In this document: positions 50,505-60,942 of the stretch, piece after piece | Layout of the letters: each line of letters opens with the position of its first letter | Position numbering within the stretch: the stretch's first letter is position 1 | Assembly (NCBI GenBank): GCA_002104945.1 | Contig: MCFH01000017.1 | Location: 558,001-622,000 of the forward strand | Direction: 5' to 3' | Length of the DNA stretch: 64,000 bases | DNA from: Piromyces finnis finn | Taxonomy: Eukaryota; Fungi; Neocallimastigomycota | Made by a program: the position numbers and the translations under genes | Notes under the pieces: model-generated | The model's input: the letters and a program-made list of their open reading frames with translations, nothing else | Told to the model about the DNA's origin: nothing | Databases searched by the model: none

Positions 50505-51645
50505 TGATAAATAATAATTATAAATATATTATAAATTTGATATTAGTAGAAAATTTTATTATAAAATAATTATTAAATAATTTTATATAGTTTATTATAA
50601 AAAAATAATTTACATAAAATCAAATATTTTATAAATTTATATATTTGATTGGGTTAAATTATAAAAATAATTTTTAATATAAAGAATAATAATAATTTTT
50701 AGTAGAAAATGAGAAGACTTAGATTACTAATAATAAGTTAAATTTTAATAATAGTTAATATAATTAATTAGTGAATACATAATAATATTTAAAAGACAAA
50801 AATAAGTTTATATATAATAAAAATTATTGTTAAAAAGAGCGTAAGAACAATAAATAAAAGAAAATATAAAAACGAAATTAAACTTGTCTAATTTGTAATT
50901 ATTGTGTTAATAATAAATAATATTTTATAGAATAAATCTGGTGTTATTATTCTATATAAATATTATTAAAATAATAAAACTATTAAAATTATAAAATAAC
51001 TTAAAATAAATTAATAAAACTAGTAGATATTGTTAAAGCTCGTACAATAGCTGTCGAGATAAAACAATATAAGATAACAGAAGAAGTAGTTAAAAAGTTG
51101 TAATATAACTACCAATCCGTTATCATTGATACGAAGAAAAAATATTATCTTAATTCTATAAATGAATATAGAAAGTGATAATATTTGTATCTAAAATTTA
51201 ATAAATAAAAATAAATAAGAAAATAAAAATAGAATAAATGATTTTTATACTTGTTCATTTGCAAGTCTTTGTTAGTTTAAAATATAAAATGATTTTATTT
51301 AATTATAAAGTTTTAATATTTAATAACTCTTGTATTATTAAATATATATATGTTATGGTTTAATACATCTTGAATGTATGTAAATATAATCACAACTATT
51401 ATTTTAATAAAATTTAATATTATTATCTAATTTTACTGGATTATTAGGAACATCTTTTAAAATAAAATAATTCTATCACTATTTATACAAAATTATTATT
51501 TTAAAGTATAATTATAAACAAATATAAACTATTAAATTTAAAAATAAATAAACAATTAAATAGACAAAAAGTTTACATTTATAGTTTTTAATTTAATAAT
51601 TTTATACATGTTAATTATTTTAATTTTCAACTATCTGTGTTTTAA

Positions 51646-51679
<34 letters not shown>

Positions 51680-51711
51680 AATTCATAATTTATAAATTTA
51701 ATTATTTATCA
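50505..51711. repeat. Solo-LTR-like element Z (1207 bp)
   Basis: Perfect 11-bp terminal inverted repeat TGATAAATAAT/ATTATTTATCA; flanks TTGA/TTGT; no second copy in the window. Confidence 0.65.
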
Positions 51712-51712
51712 T

Positions 51713-53317
51713 TGTCAAAAAGCGGTTTTTTATTAAAGAAAAGTGTGGTAAGCACACTAGTTATATTGTGAAGATATTAACTGGATTTAAAACAAATTCA
51801 GATAATATCTATAATTAATTAAACATAATAATTAGAATTAAATAATCCCAATAATTATTTTAAAACACCTTTAAAAGTCACCTTTTAAATTTTGGTTCAG
51901 TGAAAGGGTTATGATTTCAAAAAATTTAATATCAATACACTATAACCCTTAGCCAAAAATAAACAAATACGAAACTACGCATAACTCGCCAAAAACGAGT
52001 GCTACGGTTGTGAAACCAAGTTTATTAGAAAGCTTAAGGGAAAAAGCTATATTTTGGTATAATCGCGGTCCTTCTAACTGTTCATTTAAGGAAGATATGA
52101 TCATTTGAAGATTTTAATAAGTAAATTAAAATTAATATGATATCAAGTATGGATCATAGACATTTCTTATGACTTGACGAAAATTAAAAAGATATCAATA
52201 GAAATTCTAATTATATTAATTTAATTAATGATAGTGACTGTTACTAAAAATAGAACTAAACCATTTAGGTGTAACAGTTAACATTTATAAATTAAATAAT
52301 TTTAATTATTATAAAATAGGTTAATGGATCAAGTGTTTAAATGATTAATCATATGTTTATTTTATTTTATGTCATGACAAAACAAACAAACAAACAAACA
52401 AACAATCTTATTATATTATTAACATATTACATGTAATACTTTATTTTTATCAATTTAATAATCTGAACAAAGAATATAAAATAGAATGAATTGAATTCGA
52501 TTTTAATTCTTTGTAAAGATTATAGTTATAATCTTAATTATATAGTTATTAAATATATTATCATTTATATTATTATTAATAAATAAATAAAATTTTATAA
52601 AAAAAGTTATTCTAAAGAATAAATATTAATTTTTCATTTGGAAGTTTAAAGGGTTATTTTATATTTAAATTTAATTTCTTAAAAACATATTTACTATATA
52701 ATTGATAACATTCTGACCTGGCCGCATAATCAAATCCAAAAACTTAACATATATTAATTAATAAATATAATACGCTTTCCTATTGAAGGCGTAAAGCTAA
52801 TAATATTTATATAAAGAAATTTAAATAATATTTTTATTTTAGCAATAACTTAATATCGGCATATATTAAGTTATTAAAAATATTAAAATTTTTAAAGTTT
52901 TAGGTTTTATAGGAGTTTATAAATTTTATTAACTTTAAGTTAAAAAATTACTAACGCTAAAGCTTCGTAATTTTTGTCAATTTTTGTTCTTTTTATACAT
53001 GAACAATTTTAATTATTACATTTTTTAATTTTAATTAATTATTATCTAATTATAAAATATTTAATTTTTATAAATTAATAATTAATATAATTATTGTAAT
53101 TAGTTAATAAATTTAAATTAAAATTTTTAATAATAAAATTTTAATAATTTTAAAAAATTTAAAAATTTCAAAGATTAGAAATTTTATACTTTAAAAAATT
53201 TATTTTTAAAATTTTTATTAAAAAATTTCAAATTTTTAAATTTTCAAATTTAAAAAAAATTTTTAATTTTTTCCATGTGTCCAAATTTTTTAAATTTTTA
53301 TATATGTTATTGTGACA
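51713..53317 (-). repeat. LTR1-family solo LTR d with nested S2
   Basis: Reverse complement of 42857-43475 once 51767-52749 is removed. Confidence 0.93.
51767..52749. repeat. Solo-LTR-like insertion S2 (983 bp)
   Basis: TG...CA; TSD TATAT. Confidence 0.88.
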
Positions 53318-53324
53318 TTTTTGT

Positions 53325-53812
53325 TAATAAAGAATGAAATTTATAAATAATGAATTAATAGAATAGCTGATTTTAAAATTATAAACTTTAATATAAATTA
53401 AAATAATAGTAAATAATCAAACTAATATAAAATATAAATGTTTAATTAAATTTTAAAAATGTAAAATATAAACAACTTTTGTTTATAAACAAACTTAAAT
53501 GTAATTATTTATTATAAATAGAAATAGAAAATATTATTTTTAAAGATTGTTACTAATTAGCCAGGAAAATTAGAATATTTTAAAATTATAATAAATTAAT
53601 ATATTTTTTTTATAATACATAGCGAGATGTATTATACATTTATTTTAAATAAATAAACTAATATTATAAAACAAGATGTGTTTTTAAAACTTTAAATTAT
53701 ATTTAATTATATACTTGTAGAATGAGCAAGTAAAAATAAGTCATTTAAATACACAACAAATATACCACTTTCTAAGCTTATTTAGAATTAATGTATATTT
53801 GAACGTGTGTCA
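53325..53812. repeat. Candidate solo LTR X (488 bp)
   Basis: Ends GTGTCA; flanked by TTGT on both sides (53321-24, 53813-16); starts TAATA, possibly a mutated TGATA. No second copy in the window. Confidence 0.45.
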
Positions 53813-54322
53813 TTGTCACAATAACATATATAAAAATTTAAAAAATTTGGACACATGGAAAAAATTAAAAATTTTTTTAAAATTTGAAAATTTGAAAATT
53901 TGAAAAAATTTATTTTTTAAATTTTTATTAAAAAATCTCAAAGTATAAAATTTCTAATATTTGAAATTATTAAATTTTTTAAAATTATTAAAATTTTATT
54001 ATTAAAAATTTTATTTTAAATTTATTAACTAATTACAATAATTATATTTGAAAGAATAGAATTTAGCTAGAACTTAAATTACTAATAAAAATTTATATTA
54101 CTAATATTAAACTTTAATTAATAATAAAATTATAATGTAATTACTAATGTAATGTTTCTTAGAATAATCGTAACATATAGTATTACTAATTTACATTAGC
54201 CACATACTTTAGTATAAAAAGGAATTTGTAAATGTATTATTAAAATCTTTGTAATTACCTTTATTAAATTAAATTTAATAAACATAATAAATAAACTTTA
54301 TTAAACCTAAATTTACTTTTCA

Positions 54323-54336
54323 GATTAAGAGTCTCA
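54323..54336 (+). promoter_or_regulatory. C2 PBS GATTAAGAGTCTCA, complementary to the anticodon arm of tRNA-Lys(CUU)
   Basis: Reverse complement TGAGACTCTTAATC has a CUU anticodon loop with flanking stem bases; no TGG-type PBS is present. Confidence 0.7.
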
Positions 54337-57300
54337 ATGGCTACCGAATATATTCTTTCTAACCACGGACGTCCACTTAACGGTGACAATTTTAGTGCTT
54401 GGAAATTAAGAATTACCAGCATCCTCACCGCTTTAAATCTCAAGAATTATTTAGACCAAAATATTACTACTGATGGAATTCAAGATCCAGGTGAAATCCT
54501 AAGAATACAAAAGGAAAATGCAGCTGCTGTATCTATTATACTTAACAATATTGAAGATAAAATCTACCCGCTGATAACCGATACTGATACTGCCCACGAA
54601 CTTATGGAAAACTTAAAAATCCTCTTTGAGCAAGACGAAGATGTAACTTTACAAGAATGGATGAACAAATTAAGAGATATGAAGGTCAAAAATCACAAAG
54701 AAATACTTAGCGTAACTAGTAAAATGATGTCCATATTTAAACAAATGGAGAAGAAAAAGTTACCAATTACTGAACAAGAAAAAATAGATTATCTCTTAGG
54801 ATGTATGCCAAAGGAACTAAAAATCATTTTCATTTCTGGAACCACAACTACTGCAAATGACCTTTATGAAGATATTAAAAATAAATACAAATTACTCTAC
54901 CATATAGGAAAAAATAAAGAAATTAGAAATACAAGAAGCTATGATGAAGATATGATGGACATTGACTTAGTTAACAATATAATGAAATTTAACAAGGGCA
55001 ACAACAATAACTCTAGAATAAGCAAATACTGTCATATATGCAATATGAAAAATCATAATACTAGTGAATGCGGTTATAACACAAAAAACAAGAATAGATA
55101 CAACAAATACAACAATAACAGCAACAACAACAGAAGGAAACTATATCAAAATAACAAAAGAAATTATAATAGAAACAACATCAATTATTTAAACAAGAAA
55201 GAAATGGATGAAATTTTATCAAATGATGGACTTGCCTATATTAATAACATCAATAATAAAGAAAATAATGAGAAATCTTCGAACTCTACTACCTGGATAT
55301 ATGACACAGGTGCTTCTGAACACATAACTAATGATAAAAGTATTTTAAGAAATTTTGTTGAACAAAAATTAAAAATGAAGTGTGCCAACAATACTACTTG
55401 TGAATTTCAGGGATTCGGTACATACGAAGGAAAACTAAATAATCATAACATAACATTAAAAAGGGTTTTATACTCCAAGGATATAGCACAAAATCTAATA
55501 AGTGGAATAAAATTAGCACAATCACACATAAATTGTGAAATAATTAATAAAAATTTCAAACCACAGTTAATAATCAAATACAATAATAAAAATATATTTA
55601 GAACACATGTCAATAAAAGGAATAATTTCAAAATTAAAACACAAAATAATAATTTCAATGATAAAAAGATATATTGTATCAATGAAAATTTATCAAATAA
55701 TATATGGCACAATAGATTAGGACATTACTATAACAAAAATCTAGAAAATTTTTTAAAGTCACACAAAATTGAAAATAATGAATGCCTACATTGTAAAATA
55801 TCAAAATTAAATAGAAAACCACACAATGGAATCCCACCCAAAGCGACTAGAAGAAACGAAGTTATTCATTCCGATGTTATGGGACCTTTACCACCATCAA
55901 TAAATCAATATAAATATATTCTAACTTTTATTGACGAAGCTACTAGAAAAGGTTGGGTATTTAATCTAAAAAACAAATCAGATGTTACTAGTACGACTAT
56001 CAATTTTATTAAATTAATCAACAATAACTACCAAAATGAAAAAATTAAAATTTTTAAGTCTGATAATGGAAAAGAATACAATAATAAAAAATTATTAAAT
56101 TTTTGTAAACGAAATGGTATTAAGAAAGAATTTTCCCCACCTTACAATCCTCAAAACAATGGGATAGCTGAACGTTTCAACAGAACTATTACATCGTGCG
56201 TTAAAACAATTCTGTTTTGGGCAAAACTTAGTTTAAACTTTTGGGAATATGCAGTAAAACATGCTGTATATATTTATAATATGATACCACACAGTTGTAT
56301 TTCCAATAAAATTCCTAATGAAATATACTTCAATAAAAAGATAAATCTAAACTATTTAAAAACTTTTGGTTGCATTGCATACTATAAGAATTTCAACCAA
56401 AACAAAAGAAAATTTGATATAAACTCCAGAAAAGGAATTTACTTAGGATTTAATAATAATACTCACTGTTTTATAATTATGGATTTCTACGATCATAATA
56501 TACATTTAGTAAGAGAAGCAATTTTCATAGAAGAAAAACCAGGCAATCTCAAAATTGTATCCGGCAACAATCCTGGTTACTCTAATATTTCAAAAACAAA
56601 AATTTCTAATGGTACAATGGTATATAAACATGATCAGGAATCTAACTATGAGGAGATCGATACCAACCACTATCCTACCATAATTAAAATCAAGAATAAT
56701 TTTGACAATAATTATAATAATATCAGTGAGGATAGTTACACAGAAGAAATTTTTCAACAAAATAATAATCATGAAAATAGTGATGATGGTTACACAGAAG
56801 AAATTTTTCAAGATGAAAATAATCTTAACATTTATGAAAATGATGTAATTATTCAAAATAAAAAATTAGTTACCGAGAATTCCAACAAAGATAATAATGA
56901 AAATATCAGCAATAACAATAATAAAAGACCACTTTCACCTACTGAAGATACACATATTAGCAAATATAGAATTACAAATACAACTGAAGAAGAAAATACT
57001 TCTGAAAATATTGTAAACAACACTATTTATAATATTGACAATAATGATAAAAATTCTGATTGTAACACATTATTTTCTATTAATACTGAGGTTCCACTTA
57101 CTTTCAATGATATATTTAAAAGAGAAGATTGGAAAGAATGGAGACGCGCTATTAGAAATGAACTTTTTAATCTATACAATAATAAAGTTATGATATTTAC
57201 CAAAAATATTCCAGAAAATACAAATGTTATCTCTACAAAATGGGTTTTTAACATAAAACGTGATTCGAACAATAAAATTTCAACATATAAAGCTAGACTT

Positions 57301-58614
57301 GTTGCTAGAGGATACAAACAAAAATACGGAATTGATTATGACAATATCTACTCACCTACATTAGACATTGTTTGCATTAGACTCATTCTATCTTTAGCTG
57401 CAAAATTTAAATGGAACACCTACCAGCTAGATATTAAGGCCGCGTATTTAAATGCTCCATTAGACAAAAATGTTTATGTTTCTATTCCCCAAGGTGATAA
57501 AAACTACAATAAAGGTTTCTGGCTTCTTAAGAAATCGTTATATGGATTAAAACAATCAGGCCGTAATTGGAATATCACTATCTCTGAATTTCTCTCAAAA
57601 ATTGGATTTACTCAATGCAAATCGGAATCTTGTTTATTTTATAAAACTTTTGATAATTCTTTAACTTGTTTAATAGGTCTATACGTAGATGACATGATTA
57701 TTTCTGGCACTAATCAGGAACTTATTAGCACTATATTAAAAATTAAAAATAAATTTTCTATTTCAAAATGTGAAACTATTAATTTCATTTTAGGCATTCA
57801 GGTTGTACAGAAAAACTTCAGTTACACTATTTCCCAAAAATCATATATTGAAAACATTTTATCAAAATATAATTTTAACAATATTAAAAAATCTAAAACC
57901 CCTTGTACTGGTGAAAATTATGTTTCTAAGAACAATTCTTTATTCGATAAAACTATCTACAAATCGGCTATTGGTTCTTTAATTCACTTAGCTAAATGCA
58001 CTCGCCCTGACATTGCTTATGCTGTTAATAATGCCGCCAGATATTGTGAAAATCCTACTGTTAGTGACTGGCATAAAATCATTAATATATTTAAATATCT
58101 CAATTTTTCTATGGAATACTCTATCACTTATGATGGATCTGGTGAATTTATTGCTTATTCTGATGCTGATTTTGGGGGAGACAAAAATGATAGAAAATCT
58201 ACATCAGGCAATCTAATTTGTATGGGAAATAAACCAATCTTTTGGTCATCAAAGAAACAAAAAGTAGTTGCTCTTTCAACAGCTGAAGCGGAACTTATAA
58301 GTACTTCAGAACTAACAAGAAAAATCTTATGGCTAAGAAACATTTTTAAAGAAATTTTGAACAAAAATATAACAATAAAAATATATACAGATAATTTATC
58401 CAGCAAAAAGACAATTGAAAATGGACAATTCAACAACAATATGAAACACATAGACTTAAGAGAACACTTTATCTTTGACGCTTTTAAAAATAATAAAATA
58501 ATTTTAGAATATATAAAATCTGAAAATATGCTTGCTGATACATTAACCAAAAATACTAATGGGCCAAAAATGACTAAATTCACAAACTTAATTTTTAATA
58601 AACAAAATAAATAA
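54337..58614 (+). CDS. C2 gag-pol polyprotein (1425 aa)
   Basis: CHICNMKNHNTSEC, WIYDTGAS, WHNRLGH, HSDVMGP/KSDNGKEY, YVDDM, YSDADF; Copia domain order. Confidence 0.96.
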   Translation: MATEYILSNHGRPLNGDNFSAWKLRITSILTALNLKNYLDQNITTDGIQDPGEILRIQKENAAAVSIILNNIEDKIYPLITDTDTAHELMENLKILFEQDEDVTLQEWMNKLRDMKVKNHKEILSVTSKMMSIFKQMEKKKLPITEQEKIDYLLGCMPKELKIIFISGTTTTANDLYEDIKNKYKLLYHIGKNKEIRNTRSYDEDMMDIDLVNNIMKFNKGNNNNSRISKYCHICNMKNHNTSECGYNTKNKNRYNKYNNNSNNNRRKLYQNNKRNYNRNNINYLNKKEMDEILSNDGLAYINNINNKENNEKSSNSTTWIYDTGASEHITNDKSILRNFVEQKLKMKCANNTTCEFQGFGTYEGKLNNHNITLKRVLYSKDIAQNLISGIKLAQSHINCEIINKNFKPQLIIKYNNKNIFRTHVNKRNNFKIKTQNNNFNDKKIYCINENLSNNIWHNRLGHYYNKNLENFLKSHKIENNECLHCKISKLNRKPHNGIPPKATRRNEVIHSDVMGPLPPSINQYKYILTFIDEATRKGWVFNLKNKSDVTSTTINFIKLINNNYQNEKIKIFKSDNGKEYNNKKLLNFCKRNGIKKEFSPPYNPQNNGIAERFNRTITSCVKTILFWAKLSLNFWEYAVKHAVYIYNMIPHSCISNKIPNEIYFNKKINLNYLKTFGCIAYYKNFNQNKRKFDINSRKGIYLGFNNNTHCFIIMDFYDHNIHLVREAIFIEEKPGNLKIVSGNNPGYSNISKTKISNGTMVYKHDQESNYEEIDTNHYPTIIKIKNNFDNNYNNISEDSYTEEIFQQNNNHENSDDGYTEEIFQDENNLNIYENDVIIQNKKLVTENSNKDNNENISNNNNKRPLSPTEDTHISKYRITNTTEEENTSENIVNNTIYNIDNNDKNSDCNTLFSINTEVPLTFNDIFKREDWKEWRRAIRNELFNLYNNKVMIFTKNIPENTNVISTKWVFNIKRDSNNKISTYKARLVARGYKQKYGIDYDNIYSPTLDIVCIRLILSLAAKFKWNTYQLDIKAAYLNAPLDKNVYVSIPQGDKNYNKGFWLLKKSLYGLKQSGRNWNITISEFLSKIGFTQCKSESCLFYKTFDNSLTCLIGLYVDDMIISGTNQELISTILKIKNKFSISKCETINFILGIQVVQKNFSYTISQKSYIENILSKYNFNNIKKSKTPCTGENYVSKNNSLFDKTIYKSAIGSLIHLAKCTRPDIAYAVNNAARYCENPTVSDWHKIINIFKYLNFSMEYSITYDGSGEFIAYSDADFGGDKNDRKSTSGNLICMGNKPIFWSSKKQKVVALSTAEAELISTSELTRKILWLRNIFKEILNKNITIKIYTDNLSSKKTIENGQFNNNMKHIDLREHFIFDAFKNNKIILEYIKSENMLADTLTKNTNGPKMTKFTNLIFNKQNK

Positions 58615-59301
58615 TTAAGTTTGAGGGGAAGTGAAAGAATAGAATTTAGCTAGAACTTAAATTACTAATAAAAATTTATATTACTAATATTAAACTTTAA
58701 TTAATAATAAAATTATAATGTAATTACTAATGTAATGTTTCTTAGAATAATCGTAACATATAGTATTACTAATTTACATTAGCCACATACTTTAGTATAA
58801 AAAGGAATTTGTAAATGTATTATTAAAATCTTTGTAATTACCTTTATTAAATTAAATTTAATAAACATAATAAATAAACTTTATTAAACCTAAATTTACT
58901 TTTCAATATTAATTATTAATTTATAAAAATTAAATATTTTATAATTAGATAATAATTAATTAAAATTAAAAAATGTAATAATTAAAATTGTTCATGTATA
59001 AAAAGAACAAAAATTGACAAAAATTACGAAGCTTTAGCGTTAGTAATTTTTTAACTTAAAGTTAATAAAATTTATAAACTCCTATTAAACCTAAAACTTT
59101 AAAAATTTTAATATTTTTAATAACTTAATATATGCCGATATTAAGTTATTGCTAAAATAAAAATATTATTTAAATTTCTTTATATAAATATTATTAGCTT
59201 TACGCCTTCAATAGGAAAGCGTATTATATTTATTAATTAATATAACTAGTGTGCTTACCACAATTTTCTTTAATAAAAAATCGCTTTTTGACAATTTTTG
59301 T

Positions 59302-60414
59302 TGATACGCTACTCCCATAAAAACATAATAAAAACTAGCTGAATAAACACGACTTAACCCATAGTAACTTATAATAAAAATAAATGAAAATAACCTTTAA
59401 AAATGAATGAATAATAATTTTATGAAAATATAACCCTTTTTTTTAAATAAATAATATTCTCTTTATTATATAATAAATTCTGAGTAAAAACGACCTAATT
59501 GTGATAATAATAAAATAAATTATTAAATAAAATAAAATGACTTAATTCAATAATGTATTAAAATAATAAAATAATAATAAATAAATAAATAAAAATGAAT
59601 AAATAAACTAAAAATAAAATGATATACATCAAATAATTAATTCTAGTGTTTTATCCAAGTGTTCTTTAGAAATTCCTTTAAACTTATAAATTAATAAATA
59701 ACTAATTAAGTAATTATTATTAAAATGATAAACTTAAAACCTGGAAATAGAACAATAATAACAATTCTAAAGATAAAATACAGAACTCTTTTATGTTTCT
59801 GTATAAAATGAGTGTTTATAATAATTGATACTTTTAATATTTTAATTTTGTCTTAATTTCATTTTAATTTTATTTTAATTTTATTTTAATATTATTTTAA
59901 TTTTAAATTTAATTATTTTATTCAAGGTATTATACATTTAATGATAGTCAATGATAATTTATAATAATTCTTCTAAATTTAAACATTTTGAAGTAATAAG
60001 AAAATCAAATAAGTAATATTCTATAATATTTTATAATACTAAGACATAATTTTAATTTATTCTTTTAATTTTAATAAATAATAACAATAGTAATAATAAT
60101 ATCTAATAGTTAAAAATAATAATACATGTAATAAATGAAAATGTATAAAAGGAAGATAAAATTCTTCTTTATAAAAAGGGGACAATAAATAGAGAATAAA
60201 AAGACCATAAACAGATAATAAATAAATTATAAAATATAATAAAGATTTAATTTAAAACATAATAAGAGTTTATTTTCGAGTTTTGAGTGATTTATTTGTT
60301 AATTATAAAACATATTTTATTTTATTTTAAATTTATTGTTTCATCATAATAATATAGAATTTATTATTTATTAAAAACATTATATTATTCACAAATATAT
60401 CGGTCAACGCATCA
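59302..60414 (+). repeat. L0-family 5' LTR with tRNA-Ala-type PBS (TGGTGGAGAATCCGGGC, 60423-60439); internal region missing
   Basis: The 3' 680 bp match 28-672. Imperfect terminal IR TGATACGCT/AACGCATCA; preceded by TTGT. Alternative start at 59726. Confidence 0.72.
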
Positions 60415-60942
60415 TAAAATTTTGGTGGAGAATCCGGGCGTGACCAAAGATATGAAAAAGAATAATATTAATAATACTAATAAATTCTAAAATATTAAGT
60501 GTTTATTAAAAAACAGTTTACATTTAATTTAATTTTACTATATTCTTCTATAATAATAATAATAATAATAATATTAAAAAAAAAATTTAATTATATATAT
60601 AAAAGGAAATATATATATAATTTTAAAATTATAAAAATTTTAATATTTCTAAAAAGGGTATTTAAGAAATTAAAGACTAAGTGATTAATATTTAGTCATA
60701 TACGTTACACAAGGAAGAAAATTTCTATAATTCCTATAATCGTTTCCGTTCTTATTATTAATAAGGATAACTTAATCCATTCAGTTAGTTTGTTATATTT
60801 CTGATCTATCCAGGGGATCAGTGTGATAGTAAAAACTAGGAAAAGAGTTAATCCTTCTCAGCAATTAATAATAAGATCATAATTTGAATTAAATATACAA
60901 TTTTTATTTCTTAATTAAGAGAATAAATTAGTTCACCAGTGC

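Larger units (their letters stand above)
54049..58905 (+). mobile_element. Intact Ty1/Copia element C2
   Basis: 274-bp LTRs (54049-54322, 58632-58905) that look identical; TSD ATATT; PPT GAGGGGAAG at 58623-58631. Confidence 0.98.
53814..59293 (+). repeat. LTR1-family solo LTR c, interrupted by Copia C2
   Basis: 53814-54048 plus 58911-59293 match 42857-43475. Confidence 0.93.
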
